DNA of 50,976 nt, filler included, from Jimgerdemannia flammicorona (taxonomy: Eukaryota): NCBI GenBank assembly GCA_003990765.1. It is 2 parts of 2 records of this genome, joined end to end, with 100 filler letters (N's around TTAATTAATTAA, not from the genome) between each part and the next. Parts side by side here need not be neighbours in the genome. Positions count along the whole stretch, not along the records: positions 1 to 25,447 come from RBNJ01000832.1; positions 25,548 to 50,976 come from RBNJ01000833.1. One strand, given 5' to 3'. Below, piece by piece: positions 22,801-37,300 of this stretch (within the stretch, counting starts at the first letter, position 1; each line of letters starts with the position of its first letter). The translations under genes and the position numbers were made by a program. The notes below the pieces were generated by a model. That model was given only the letters and a program-made list of their open reading frames with translations, was not told where the DNA came from and did not search any database.

Positions 22801-25447
22801 GGTGGGCTTTAAGGAGATTGGAACAGCTACTGGAGAGGTGGGCTGAGTCTTTGATAGACTACAAGGATGGGGATTGGAGGATCCAAAGGATCCAGAAGGA
22901 GATAGAAGAACTGAAGGGGCTGCTTAGGCAGGAGGAGGAACTACAGGTGAAGGAGCTGGCAATAAGGCTAAGGTGGTAGGATCTGGAGGAGGGGGGGAGG
23001 CCTATAAAGTTTTTGTCAAGGTTGCTATAGACTAAGAGGTTGAGGCAGTGGTGGGAAGGAGTTTTAGATGAGATAGGGAATATGGTGACTAAGATACTAG
23101 AGATTTTGAGACTACTGTGGTCTTGCTGAGAGCAACTGTAGAGTGAGGAAGAGAGTGGTGAAGATGCCATTAGTATTGAATAGCAGTTGAAGGATTGACA
23201 CCCAGACCTAGTAGTGGGCCTAGGCAAACTTAGAGCCTCTGTGTAAGGAGAGAAGATGTGTCAGATTTTGGTGGCAATAAGTGTAGGGACAGCCCCAGGA
23301 GAGGATGAGTTGTCTTGGAATTTTTGGAAGAAGATAGCTGGAGTTGAGGATGTGCTGGAGGAGATGATGTAGATGTGTAATGAGGTCATTGGCTTGGGGA
23401 CCTGAATTGGGGGTCAGTATCTGGGAATTGTAGCTCTGTTATATAAGAACAAGAGTAGAAGAGAGAACTAGAATAACTAGAGGCCAATTATGTTTCTAGA
23501 TATAGATTACAAGTTGGTGATAAAGATTTTGGTGACCAGGCTACAAGGAGTAGCTCAGCAGATATTAGGAGCTGAACAGAGAGACTTTGTTAGAGGTCAT
23601 TTGATCCATGATAGGACAGCATGAGTTCATAGTATTATTGAGAGTATTTGTGCAACCAGGGTCAATGGTCAACTAGTTTTTCTGGACCAAGAGAAGGCTT
23701 ATGACAGAGTGCAGCATATATGGTTGGAGGGAATATTGAAGCAAATGGGGGTCCCCCAGGGTTTAGGAGCTCATTGATTTGTCTATTGGAGGGGAGTTGG
23801 GTAGCTATTATGATAAATGGGCATAGGGGGAGATCCATCTCTCTAGGCAGAGGAGTGCCACAAGGAGACTCACTATTGCTAATTCTCTATGCCCTCTCAT
23901 TGAAGTCTCTGTTGGACAGAATACTAGAGTTGGGAGTTTGAATATTTTGGGAGTGAACTGGAGGGTTGGGGCCTTGCTGATAATATGATGGTTGGGCTGG
24001 ACTTAGTGGAAGATGTGACAGTACTGAAGAATACAGTGGAATAGTATGAGGAGTGCTCAGATGCTAGACTCAATTGGCATAAGTATGAGACTCTGGTCCT
24101 AGGTAGAGAAATGGTTAGTAGTGATGTGATCAGAACAGTAGTCCTAGCTGGAGAAGCAGTCTGCTATCTGGGAATTTATTTTTCAATATATAGCTCTCTG
24201 CTGCCTTGTGGATAGTAAGAGCAGAGGCTACTCACTTGGAGAAATATTCTCTTGAGGTAGAGAGGCCATTATATCTCCCTGATAGAGAGAGTGATGGTAC
24301 TGAATGTATACTGGCTGCCTAAGCTGTGGTATTTGTGATATTACTTAGACTTTCTGGTATGGGTGGTCAAGAGACTGATGAAGATGGCCAGGTCATAGAT
24401 CTGAGTAGGATGGCAGAGCTAGATTGGTTGAGAAGTGTTGATGATGTCTATAGACAGAGGAGGGCTGGGCCTGGTGGACTTCACCAAATGCTTACACTGC
24501 TTAAGAGTATAGTGGCTGAAGTGAGTGAGTGAATTGCAGAGATATGAGTATATACTCCTTATGTAGTGGGTATGGGAGGCTCTGTGCTCCCTCTGGGACA
24601 TGACTGGTGACTTGCTTGCTCTGATAGCTCTCAAAGAGAGTAGGAAAATGTACTTTAGGAGATTCTGGTGAGAAGTGGTGGATGGTACTTACTGTATTGA
24701 TCTCTGGTGGAGAGGAAATAAGAGAGAGGAGGAATGGAGACCTCAGATGTAGAGGTGAGATTGCCTACTGTTAGGAGGAACTCCAGTAGATGATTTTCAG
24801 CTGGAAGATTATGGAGTGTCTGTGGGAGCATGGGAGGGATTTGTGGCTGGAGACATAGTAGGGGTAGAGATTGGTAAGAAGTTAAACTGAAATAATATCT
24901 GACCTTAGTGCAAGAAAGTGGTGAGATGGCTCCCCCCTAAGTTCTGAGTAGTATGGTGGAGACTACTATGGTACAATATGATATTGAATTATCAGTCCAG
25001 ACATTTGATAGAAGGGAGTGCTCTGTAGTGTGAGGAGTGTCTTAATGTTGAGCAGAAGGAAGGAGTAGTACAGACTCCTAAGCATTAACTGGAGGAGTGT
25101 GAAGGTTTGGAATATTTCTGGAGAGCCATTGAGAACTGGATAAGGTTGCAACCTTTGGAGGGAGTAGAGGGTAGACAGTGGGGTGACCTCCAACATAGGC
25201 TGATGTGAGAAGTTAGAGATAAGTAATTGACTTTTGGGTGGGCTCTGGCTATTTAGATTAGGCTCACCAGATATTGACTTTTTGTATTTGAGGATGGTCA
25301 GCACTTGGTGCTTAGGGTATGAGTTGTACAGTGAGAGTAGTTGTTGCTAGACATTCTGAATGGTTGGTGGCAGGGGTAGAGACCAGAAGGGGGAATCTAT
25401 TGGAGACTTATAGAGTATATCTGCAAGAAGAGTAGGGGGAGGATTGG
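19894..25447 (+). mobile_element. Near full-length degenerate Tx1/L1-like LINE (ORF1 ~20030-21860; ORF2 APE-RT-zf ~21900-25447), 3' end lost in the gap
   Basis: 5' UTR similar to the 33754 and 41784 ends. Motifs SLNINDL, LLQD, GDFN, SDY, DQEKAYDRV, GVPQGDS, YLGIY, and a C-terminal Cys/His region. Many stops. Confidence 0.92.
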
Positions 25448-25547
25448 NNNNNNNNNNNNNNNNNNNNNNNNNNNNNNNNNNNNNNNNNNNNTTAATTAAT
25501 TAANNNNNNNNNNNNNNNNNNNNNNNNNNNNNNNNNNNNNNNNNNNN
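25448..25547. other. Artificial contig-joining linker N44-TTAATTAATTAA-N44
   Basis: 100-bp block with a six-frame stop linker at 25492-25503. Confidence 0.97.
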
Positions 25548-25935
25548 CTGAAGTCCACCAACCCCAGACCTCCATCTGCCTTCACTATCACTATAATTTC
25601 CCCCTAGGGCCCCTCTCTCCCATATCTTCATACTTGAAAACCACCTTATTACCTACTACTTCAACTCTTCCCTCATTCTACCTACAAATTCTCTCCACTA
25701 ATCAGTACTACCAACCACTCTGCAGACTCCATCCTAGCCATCAGTCTGTCAAAACATTCTCTATCAACCCTTCTCACCTCAATAGCTACTCCCCCAAATC
25801 CAAATATTTTTCTTCCTCAAAAACAAATAACTGGTAATCTGCCAGCCCTACCCATATAGCCAATACCTAACCCAAAGTGAGCCACTCCTTCCCAACCCTC
25901 TCTACCAATCTATCCTTAAGATCCTCTTCCAACTG
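25548..25935 (-). mobile_element. 3'-region fragment of the same LINE family, inserted after the gypsy gag
   Basis: EDLKDRLVERVGKEWLTLG matches the ORF2 C-terminal region of the copies at ~28250 and ~34720. Confidence 0.8.
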
Positions 25936-27018
25936 GTTTACAGTTGCTCTTCTTATCATAGAGCTTGGACCAGGTTCTAGCATCTTCAGTGATAGGGTAG
26001 AATTCAGGCTCTTTGTAGTATTCTTCATTATCAGTATCACTGATCTCCTCAATGACTACTATATTGGTTTATTCTCTAGTTCTAGTAGTATTACTTAGTT
26101 GAACTTTATATCTTATTTCAGTCATACAACTCTTTGTATAGTGGCCTTCTTCTCTACATCTGAAGCATGTGATATTGCATTCTTCTATAGCAGCTAAAAA
26201 TCTCTATACTGGTCTCCTGTTGGTACTTTGGACTTCTCTAACAACATCACCAAGGTGTGCAGTAATCTCAGTAAACTGCTTGGTGAGTTCCTCTACTGGG
26301 TCAGCTTTGGCTGCCTTGAGAGTAGGTGGGGATAATTGTCTGTTTACAACTGTGGTGAGTATGATACTAGTTGGCTTTGATGGCTCCATCTTGATGCCAG
26401 TTATTTTCTCCATTAAGTAGTTGGTGGGGTGTCTGGCAGTCCAATATCTCTATATAAAGACTACTTTCTGATCAAGGGTCAGTGTAGCTAGAGTAGACTG
26501 GATTGCTAGGGCAATTTTAGAGTAAACTCTTTTAAGGAAGGTTGAATCTGCTATTTATTCCTTGAGGTAGTCATCATAGCCAGCTATGGCAGATTCAGGT
26601 ATAGAATGAGTTAGGATCTTCACTAAGTCTCTGGTAGATAGTATTGAGTTGATTCTTGAGAGCTTGCTTGATTTCTTTGATATAGTATGTAGTTCTGAGG
26701 AAGGTCTTCATGTTGGCAAGTCTGGCTGCACTAGTATCAGCAATAGTGGCTGTATTGAACTTATCTCTGGCAGGTTCTCTGAGACTGACTGGTAGAAGAG
26801 CCAATTGTATATCTATGTTGAGGGCTCATATAGCAGCAAATTGTTCAAAGTCTTCAATGAAGGTCAGGATTGACTCTTCAGTAGTATATTCATAGAATGT
26901 GGAGGGATACATTTCTATCTTATCTTGAATTCTTGCAGGGGTGACTCCTATAGTCAGGGTAGTTATTGTAATAGTTGTTTATTTTTCAGCTTGAAAGTAA
27001 GGAATTCATTTTGAATCA
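25936..27018 (-). pseudogene. Ty3/gypsy gag remnant (family 2) with zinc knuckle
   Basis: FIEDFEQFAA...LPVSLREPARDKF...YQRLSEDPNSFY (retrotransposon gag-like). CFRCREEGHYTKSC knuckle at ~26125-26168. Lies downstream of a PBS and an LTR end. Confidence 0.85.
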
Positions 27019-27035
27019 CCAGCCAATGGACACCA
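27019..27035 (-). other. Primer-binding site TGGTGTCCATTGGCTGG
   Basis: Starts with TGG 3 nt after the LTR end (...CATGACA at 27039, minus strand). The cognate tRNA was not identified. Confidence 0.7.
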
Positions 27036-27526
27036 AGTTGTCATGTAGTGGTCACTGAGTTTTTCAAATATATTAAATTCTCTTTATGATATATCTCTTA
27101 GACTAACTCAATTTGTTATAAGCAAGTTCTTATTAAAGTGCCTTCCCAAGGTCTTATAGTCCTCAAACTTCTTATCTTTAAACTATCTTGTTATCTTTTT
27201 AGATTGCTTGCAAGGAATTATATATAAGTAAACTTGACTGACTTTATTTTGAAGAAAATAAGAGGGGTATTTATACAAAATATAATTCAATAGTTGTTAA
27301 GATATAAAGCTAAATATAAATTCTAATAACCAAATAAAATACTGGAATACAGAAAACTACTAAGTTCCAGTGTTAGCACTTGTATAAGTTCAGGATACTA
27401 GTATAATTTGGTAATATAGAAAAAGGGTGCTGGAATAATTCTGAGTTATACAAGATCAGAATGCTAGTGAAGGAATAGCTGTTATATGGAAAAAGAATAC
27501 TGGAAGTACTCAGTGTAACTAAGATC

Positions 27527-30500
27527 TTAGAGCAGAAAGTTCAGGACCATGGGGGCTTCATCTTTGTCCCTGTCCTCAAAGAAGATGAGGTCTGTGAACA
27601 TTTCATTATATATTTTATATATAGCATGCAAGATGACATCATCACCAATAATGTCATCACATTCAGCAGGGGCTCTCCAATCTATAACATTCTTTTCCAC
27701 AAAATAAGAAACAAATGTAGGGTCTTGGGGAGGTCTAACCTGAATGCTGGGGTCTTGAAATACTAAGATCAATTCTTGTAGGAACTGATCTGGGTTGTTC
27801 TGGAGGATGAGATACTGGAACTCTTCTACCTCATCACTATTAAGAGTGATAGTGGACTGGACCTCTGTAGCTACCATGGCTTTTTTTTTTTTTTTTTTTA
27901 TAGTCACTTAGACTCTAACATTTATTACCAGTCTATTAATAAATTTACAGTATTTCCTCCCACTACCCAATCCCCATAGGGGAGTCTCTCCCCACTCCCT
28001 CCCAAACAACAACCACCTTCCCACCCACTACTCCAACCTTTCCCCCACTCTGCCTACAGATTTTCTCCACCAATCAACACCTCTGACCACCCTGCAACCT
28101 CCAACCAAGCCACCAGCCTGTCAAGGTGTCTTCCATAAGGCTATGCCACTGCATCACCTGGACCCCCAAACCCAGCCTCCTCCTATCCTCAAAAACAAAT
28201 AGCTAGTGGCTGGCCAGCCCCACTCATATAGTTAGAGTCCAGCCTAATGTGAGTCATTCCTTACCCACCCCCCCCACTAGTCTATCCCTCAAATCCTCCC
28301 ACTGCCCCCACATACCACCTCCCCTGCATTCTACCTCCAAATGATCCCCAACAGTCTACTAAAAGTCACTAAGTACCTCATACTCTCCTAGCCAATATTC
28401 AGACATCTGTACATATTCTCCTTCTATTCCTACATTATAGTATTCCTTACAGTCAAAGCAACCTCCTTCAATAAGGTGATCTGAGCAGTAGTTGAGCATT
28501 ATATTCCTCCTCAGCATGTGTCACCAAGTCACCCAGTACTTCAGTGGCATCCATCTCCTCACCTCAGCACTCTAGGCTCAAATGTCATGCTAGGCCCAAT
28601 CTTTGCCAATTTCAACACCTTGCCAAAAACTGGGCCACAGATCCTGGCCTGGTTCCCTCTGGCAATCTATCTCATCACTAATGTTGAACTTGAGTAAGGG
28701 AATGCCACCCAGCAGTACCTAGTCCCATCTCCACATTACCAGGTCTCAATCCACCTCCCCTTTATTTCCTTGTCAATGAATTCCAATGTGGTGCACCCCC
28801 TCTGCCGCCCCCCACCAGAAGCCTTTATATCACAATTGTTCAGTATTCCTAAGTCCAACTAAAGATAGGAGATCTCTAGTCAAGCCTTGTGGTGAGGATC
28901 TCATCTCCCAGACCTTCTGCAGTAGGGGAACCCAATCTCCCCCTCTCAACTCTACGGCTCTCTTCAGCCACCAAGCTCTCAAGCAGTGTAGCCTCTTTGG
29001 AAAGTCAACCAGCCCAAGTCCACCACTTGCCACTGGTAAGGATAAGACCTCCCAGCTAATCTGACTCCATCTTCTAGCCCAGATCCATCCCTTGGCCAGC
29101 TTCAACAATCTCTTCACTACTTAGGCTGAGAAGTCCAGATGATAAGCCAGATACCACAACTTTGGCAGCCAGTAGCTGTTCAAAATCGAGACACATCCTG
29201 CCAGGGACAATTGATGGCCCCCCCAACTCTACAGGACCTCCCCCCAGATTCCAACCCATTGCTCCCACCAAAGCCTGGGTAGAACCAACCCATACACTGA
29301 TAGATAGATATCCAAGTACCATACTGCCTCACCAGTAGAGATGATCATTCCAATAACCTCCCCTCCCACCAGACTGTTGCCTAACACCATCATTTCACAC
29401 TTATGCCAATTAAGCTTTGTTCCAGAGTTCTCTTCATACCACTCCACTGTCTCCTTGAGCTTCTCAACATCAGCAATTGATCCCAGTCTGATCACTATGT
29501 CATCTGCAAAGGCCTCTACTTTCCACCCAATGCCAAAGATAGAAAGCTATACTATCTTATGCCTGATTCTATCCATTAAGGGTTCTAGTGAAAGGGCATA
29601 CAGAATGGGGGACAATGGGTCCCCCTGGGGCACCCCCCTACCTAGGGGAAATGCTACCCCTCTATGTCCATTACATATGAGCACAGCCCTACTCCCTTCT
29701 AGTAGACTGATTATAGCTGACCAGAACTGGCATGGAACCCCAGTTCTGTCCAATACTTTTGCTAGCCAGACTCACCTCACCTGGTCATAAGCCTTCTCTT
29801 GGTCCAAAAAAACCAGACACTCATCCAATCTACAAGCTCATACCCCTTCAATAACTCCATGTACCCAGGCTGTGCCATCTCTAATGAGCCAGCCTCCAAC
29901 AAAGCTCCTCTGCTCAATGCCCAAGACTTGCTGGGCCACCTTTTGTAACTTTCTGACCACTACCTTAGTAACCAACTTTCTGTCCATATCCAGTAGCATA
30001 ATTGGTCTCCAGTTCTTCCAGTTCTCCCACCTTCCTTTATTCTTGTAAAGCAACATCACCAACTCCAGATCCTGCTCTCCCAATCATTTCCCTGTCTAAA
30101 GAATAAAATCACACAGTACCATCATCTCACTCAGTACTCCTGGGATCCCAACCATCTTCTTCCAGAAGTCCCAGGGCAAACCATCCTTCCCAGGCACCAT
30201 ACTCAATGATGTTGTGGTAAGAACCTGGTGGATTTCCTCTTCTTATATGGGCAGCACTAAGTCTCTCACCCTATCTATTTGCGGGGGGTACCAATCCTCT
30301 AATGTGTGGCCAATGGCATCAGCATCCACCCCACTCTCCTTCTCACTCCACAGACCACTTCAATACTCTTTTAAAGATCCAAAAATGTCATGTACACCAT
30401 GCACCAGTATGCCATCAGAGTCAAGTACCCCCTCCCATCTCTGCTGCACTCTTCTTGCCTGAAGGGCTCTCATGAGATACTTTGAGAGTCTCTCTCCTTC

Positions 30501-33500
30501 TTCCAAACCCTGCCAGTGGAGCCATGCTACCAAGCTTTGTACTTTCACCTCTTCCTCCTCCCATAATATTTATTGTAGTTTGCTAATCTTCTTTTTCACC
30601 CTCATCAATCTCCAATTCTCCTCCCCTTCTAATGTCACCAATCTCACCCAATCCTCCAAGAGTCTAGACAGTCTACCAGAAGCCCATCTCACCCATCACC
30701 TCTACTGTTTCCCAGCCTCCTTGCCAGCCTCACTCCAGTAGGTCCTGGCCATCTCTTTCATCCATATTCACCGAATACCAACTGGGACACCTTCTCATCT
30801 CCAGCACTCCACCCTCACCTGAATGTCCACAGCCCACTCATCCTACCAGGTCTTATCATCTAATAAGGAGGAATTGAGGCACCAATGTCCAGGCCCATCC
30901 CCACTCCCCCCAAATTGCCCCTGTTCTAAAAGCCCCTAATGATCTAACCAAGGATACCATTCTACCTCCAGTGACTTCCAAACATCTAGGCCCCAGCAGC
31001 TGGCCATAAGAATACAATCAATTCTTGTCCCCAAGCCCTCTGCCCAATGCATATATATCTTTCTATCCCCCCAGCACTCCCTACCCACATCCACCAGAGC
31101 ACTCAGCCTTTCTACTTCCTCCCATACTGCCAGTCCTCCACTCTGACCCTCAGCTCCCCACCCTCTATCTGTTCTGTCCAACAGTATATCTCAGACCATA
31201 TTGAAGTTTCCACCCAGCATATCCACCCCAGTCTCTGCAAAGATCCCACTCTCCTGAAGGCCCTTCACTCAATCCACATGCTCACTCTGTACTGCAGAGC
31301 AGTAACAAGTGCCCACTATAACCAGCTCCCATCCTGAACATATCCACTCACCCCAGACCAATCTATCCCCCCAGCTCTGTATGTCCTTTATCTTCCCTCT
31401 GCCTTTCCATACCAGAATCCCAACCTTGCCTTTCCAAACCACCTCATCTCCCCATTCCCTTGTCCATTTCAGTCAATCCAACTCATCTTCACACCTGACA
31501 TTCTGCAAGAGGAAGAGATTGGCCTCCAATCTCTTCAGTCAAGTAAAAATGTTCTTGTATTGATAAGTACCCCATAACCCATTCATATTCAAAGAAAAAA
31601 TATTGGTTGTACTATTCATAATAAAGTATGGTATATTAATCCAGTCCATTCCTACTGCTCCATGTTTATCTCTTCCTGCACCATATCCAGATTATGTTCT
31701 GCAGTCACCACCTCCTCCTCAGTCTGCTGAGCCTCCAATCCTGCCAATAGCTCATTCATCTCCCCATCTGCCTTCTTCTCAAACTCCTCTTAGTACTCCA
31801 GGCAGGCCTCCTGCCAGAGCTGTAATCCATGTCACTTGGCCCAACAGTATTTGGCCCTCTCACCAGCAATCCCTGCTAGCTCTGCCTCCTGCTCCTTATT
31901 CACTTCATACCCTTCCTCCTCCAGATATACCACAAGGATCTCTACCTTCAATGCCAACTTCACACCATCCCTCTACAGGACCTGTACCCAATGCTCATCA
32001 CTCATTACTCTCAAGTCTACCTCCCCCAGCTCTTCAGCCACCAGATTATTCATCATTCTGCACATCCAAAGTAGATTTCCTACCTCCTTCCCTCCTGGGG
32101 TTGCCAGTCTCCCCCCGTCCAATATCATGGTATCAGCCCCAGTACTTGCAGCCTCATCCCACTCCTCTGGGACATCCACCAGTTCCTCCTCTCCAACTGC
32201 CTCCACCTGTCCCCCATTCACCACCTCTGGAACTCCAAATTGCACTTGCTGGGCCCCTTTCATAGGCACATCCTCCCTCACCCTGCTCTGGAAAGCCAGA
32301 CCTCTTCTGATAAGTATAGTAGGGGTAGGCAATCCCTCCTAGTCTTCTTCCCAGACCTCAAATGTACCATCAGCATATGGGTCACTGCCAGCTGCTTTCC
32401 TGTCCTCTCCTGATCCTTTCTCCACACTCCTACTATCTTTGCCAGCCCAGACACTCACTTTGGCACCCCCTGTTTCCACCATTCCACCTGCCTCCTTCTG
32501 TGGTTGACTTTCCATCTTGGCCAGTAGCTCCTTCTGATATTTATGTCTCTGAGCCTTTTCCCATTGCCCCTTGTCTACCCTGATCTACTTCTCATCTACT
32601 ATCTCTAAGTATGTTGACTCCTCAAAAGCCTTCTAAGCCTTTGCTCACCACTCCACCACTCCACTCAGTTCTTTGAGTACCTCCAGTAAGTCCTCTTTCT
32701 CCTTCTTACTCCCCTTTACCCTCATCACCTTACACAAGATCGCCCCCCAGATGATCTCTGAAGGCCAGTTCCTTGCCTTCTCAGTAGCTTCTCTCTCTGC
32801 CAGCCGAATCCTCACATCCACATCTCCCATCCTAAGTAAGGTTCCCTCCCAGACTCTGAACCCAATATCTACTATCTCTCCATACTCTGCCATGATCTCC
32901 TCAACTCTCCTTCTCATCTCCACCACTGTCACCATGGGCACTCCTTTTACCAGCAGTTGGACTACCCTGGGGTCTCATTTCAGGCAGCATGCTATTAGGA
33001 CACACACCTCTCCAACAATCAATCCAACCTTCAGCACTTTCTCCAAAGGCTCAGCCTCCTCAAAACCCACCTCCACTCTCTCCAATCTCTTCAGAAACTT
33101 AACAGATACTGCTCCAGCCACCTGCTTAGTAATAAGCCCCAGCACCATTTTTGCAGTCACTGTCAGGCCTCAGAAGCACAATGTCATCATGAATACTGAG
33201 ATCAATTTCTTAAGTAACGGAGCCACCACCAGGCCTGTTACACTATCTGCCAAATCTCCTCGCCTTCCAAGCCTCAATTGCTCAGCCACACCATCAGCAG
33301 TCACATCTGGATTTTTTTTCAGATTGGCAGTCTCATCACCATCAGCTATCATGTTCCCCCCAGCCACTACTCCCCCAGCTCCACTGCTCTCACCACCAAG
33401 GGCTACTCCCCCACGAACAGCTGTCTTCTCCATCTCCTTGCCTTTCCTCAGCCAACCCTCCAGCCCAGTTGCCTGCTGCCTCCCCTTTACTGTCTCCACA

Positions 33501-34302
33501 AAGCTTGCCCTCCCAGACCCCTGTCCTCTACTGCTGCCTTCTCTCCCTCCTCATCCTCCTGCCAACAACCCCCTCATATCTTCCCCTAGGCCAGGACCTC
33601 TCCCCACCTACTGCTAGTCAAATATGCTAGGGTCACCCTGCCCAGTATACAATCCAGATTACTTGCTGTTTGTCATTGCCTTGGTACCTTTCTCTAATAA
33701 ATGACTTGAAAGTATGTTGTAAAGTGTGCATATCATGAATAGTAGCTGGAAAAGGTGGCTACCATGGCTTATAGTTCATTGATATGATGGGCTGATAGAT
33801 TCCTGAAGTCTGAGACTCTAATATACTTCAAGTTAGGGATCAACCATGGTGTATGTCTAAAGATCTGATGAATCTTCTTGACTGTCCTTATTTCATATAT
33901 ATCCATGAGAGTGGTATCTTGTAGCTCTTGAGGACTGGCTTGAGGGAATTTCTAGTAGAGAAGGTTTCCTATTTCATATTTTTACCATATCTGGAGACAT
34001 TCAGTAGCAATGGTGATTCTTGTTTCCATCTTATGATAGTAGAGAATATAATAATAAGGGTCACCAGTACCCAGGTTGACACTAGAAGTCCTTATGGTGC
34101 AGGTCCTAATGGCTCTTTTGATGTCTTGGAATACCCTTTCCTGGACTGAGAGGCCTTGATAGTTCCTTGATCTTAAGGTTTGGTGAGCAGTAGGCATTTT
34201 GTTTGTAATAAGTCTTTGAGCTATTTTGGGATTAGTGGGTCTTGTTGAGTTGTTGCTACTGTGGTTCCTTGAACCTTCTTTTATATTCCTCAAGATGTCC
34301 AT
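27527..34302 (-). pseudogene. Accessory ORF of gypsy family 2 (~295 codons; pieces 34302-33769 and 27880-27527), function unknown
   Basis: Single frame across the LINE TSD: MDILRNIK...CLQIW*KYEIGNLLY*KFP...RTVKKIHQIFRHTPWLIPNLKYIRVSDFRNLSAHHINEL*AMVATEVQ...VLNFLL*. Only three internal stops, all TAA/TAG and compatible with CAA/CAG decay. Confidence 0.65.
27881..33754 (-). mobile_element. Full-length degenerate Tx1/L1-like LINE with poly(A) tail and 14-bp TSD
   Basis: Poly-T 27881-27899. TSD GTAGCTACCATGGC (27867-27880) / GTGGCTACCATGGC (33755-33768). ORF1 ~33600-31640 and ORF2 ~31620-28050 with RIDCIL, LDH, WKNWRPI, DQEKAYD, GVPQGDPLSP, AFADDI. Confidence 0.95.
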
Positions 34303-37300
34303 ATTGTGGTCCCAATAACTCACAGTTGGTTTTTTTTTTTTTTTTTTTTTTTTCTCTTAGACTTCTTCCTTTATTAATGCATCTGTCTATCTCATATATA
34401 TTACACTAAACCCACTCCTATCTGATTCCCCTAGAGGGCCCCCCCTCTCCTACTCCCTCTTAATTAAAGACTACTAGGCCATTAATCACTTTAATCTACC
34501 CACTACTCTATCTATAAATCTCTTCTACCAGATAGTAGTGATGCCTACCCTGAGGATCCCATCCAATCCACCACCCTGTCAGCAGATCTCCCATCAACCC
34601 CTCCCATCTCAATATCTTCTCCTACAAACCCAGCTGTTGGCCCTCTTCAAAAACAAAGAGCCAATGTCCAGCCAACCCTACTCATATAACTAAAACCCAT
34701 CCTACAGTGAACCATTCATTACCCACACCTCCCACCAACCTATTTCTCAAATCTTCCCAGTGACCTCTTTCCTCATCTGGTCTCTTCTCCACACCCAGTC
34801 TATCTTCTACCACTAACCAAAAGTCCCCCAGAACCTCACACTCTCTTAGCCAATATTTTTGTATCTGCACTATCTCTCCAACCTGTCCTACATTATAATA
34901 CTTCTCACATTCTAGTAATCCACCATCCACCAGATGTCTAGCACAGAAGTTCAACATGATATTCCTCTATAGTATCCACCACCATACTACCTAGAACTTG
35001 AGAGGAAGCCACCTTCATACTTCAGCACTCTATGCCCAGACTCCAGCCCAATTCCACTCCTTACCAATCCTCACTACTTGCCAACTCTCAGGCCAAAGAT
35101 CCTGACCAAGACTCTGCTGACACTCTACTTTATCAGTAATATCAAACTCAATAAATAGAGTACCCCCCAAAAGCAGTCTGTCCTATCTCCATATAGCTAG
35201 TCTCCATAGCTTCTCCCCTTTATTGCTGTATCAGTACAATTCTATATAGTGTACTCCATCTGCTACCCCTCACCAGAAGCCTTTATACCTTAGCCACTGG
35301 TTTCCACCCAGGCCCACCAGGGATAACAGATCCCCTGAGGATCCTCTTGGAGAGAATCTCATCTCCCACACCTTCTACATCAGCAGCACCCATCCCCCTC
35401 CCCTCAGTTCTACCACTCACTTCAACTACCAAGCTCTCAGACAGTGCAGTCTCTTAGAAAAATCTACCAGTTCTAGCCCCCCTCAAGCTGCTGACATTGA
35501 AAGAGTATCCCAGCTGATCTGGGACTGCCTCTTAGCCCAAATCTAATCCCTAGGCAGTTTCATCAGTCTCTTTACCACCTAAGCAGAAAAGTCCAAGTAA
35601 TAGGCCAGATACCACAACTTAGGGAACCAGTAGACATTCAGAATCAAAACCCAGCCTACCAGAGAGATGGGTTGTCCTCCTCAGCCTCAAAGAGTCTTTC
35701 TTCAGATGGCCACCCTCCTCTCCCACCACACATATGGTAAGACATAACCATACACTGAAAGGAAGATGCCCAGATATCTCACCACCTCTCCTGTCAGGAC
35801 AATTGTTCTAATGACATCCCCTCCCACTAACCCATTTCCCAATACTATTGTCTCATACTTATGCCAGTTGAGTTTTACTCTAGAGTATGTCTCATACCAT
35901 TGAACTATATCCTAAAGAGCCTCAATATCTACCACTGATCCCAGTCCAACCATCATGTCATCTGCAAAGGCCCCCACCTTCCACACTATACCATAAATAG
36001 AGAGCCCTGCCACCTTCTGCTGAATCCTATCCATCAAAGGTTCTAGAGAAAGGACATATAGAATAGAAGACATGAGAAACTCCTCTCCCCAAGAAAAATG
36101 CCAGACCCTAGTGATCATTACACATCAGTGCCACCCTACTGCCCTCCAACAAATTCAATATAGAAACTTGAAATAGCTGGGGAACTCCTATTCTATCCAG
36201 CACCTTGTCCAACCATGCCTACCAGACACAGTCATAGACCTTCTCCTGGTCCAAAAAGACCAGTCTCCCATCCAATCTACTAGCCTGTGCTCTCTCAATA
36301 ATGCTATAAACCCAGGCCATCCCATCTCTGATAAGTCTACCTTCAACAAAACCCTGCTGCTCCTCACCCAATACCTGTTGGGCAACCTTCTGTAGCCTTG
36401 CTATAATCACCTTAATAACCATCTTCCTGTCTATATTCAGAAGCACGATCAGTCTCCAGTTCTTCCAATTCTCCCTCCTTCTCTTGTTCTTATATAACAA
36501 GGCCACCAGCTCTAAGTCCTGCCCTCCCACCCACTGGCCATTCAGAAGAACAGTGTCACAGAGGACTGCCATCTCACCTAACACTCCTGAGACTTCCACC
36601 ATCTTCTTCCAAAAGTCCCAAGGTAGTCTATCCTCTCCTGGTGCCATTCCAAGCTTAGTTGCTGTGCAAACTCTCTGGATTTCCTCCTCTTGGATCAGTA
36701 GGATCAAATCCCCCAGACCCTCAACTTGTGGTGGCTTCCAATCCTCCAGAGCATCTCTAATTGCCTCTGCATTAGCACCCCCTTCCTCCTCACTCTACAG
36801 TCCCCTCCACCACTCCTTCAGCAATTCCAAGATCTGTTGTGTACCATGAACCATTACCCCCTCTGCATCAAGAACTCTATCTCATTGATGTTACACTATT
36901 CTAGCCTGGAGGAGTCTTAATAAATACCTAGTGAGCCTCTCCCCCTCCTCAAGCCTCTGCCACCTCAACCTAGCTGTCATTCTTCTTATCTGTATCTCCT
37001 TCTCCTCTCTTAACACCTGTTGTAACTCCACTACTTCAAGCTTAGCCCACACTAACTGCCAACCATCTACCTCTCTAGAATTCATCAAATCAGTCCATTC
37101 CATCAGCAATCTAACCAATCTATTAAAAGCACACCTCACTCTCTTTCTTCTCTGCCTCCCAGCATCTCTACCAGCTCCTCTCTAGTAAACCTTCACATCT
37201 TTTTTCAACTTCATCCACCAGACACCCATGGGCAAACCCTCATATATCCAACTAGCAATCTTCCCCTGAATGACCTCAGCCCAAGAGTTCCACAACTCCT

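Noticed and set aside
31603..33617. Long Pro/Ser/Thr-rich plus-strand ORFs (220, 168, 314 aa) as genes
   Set aside because: Antisense shadows of the G-rich LINE ORF1. The C-rich strand is naturally poor in stop codons.
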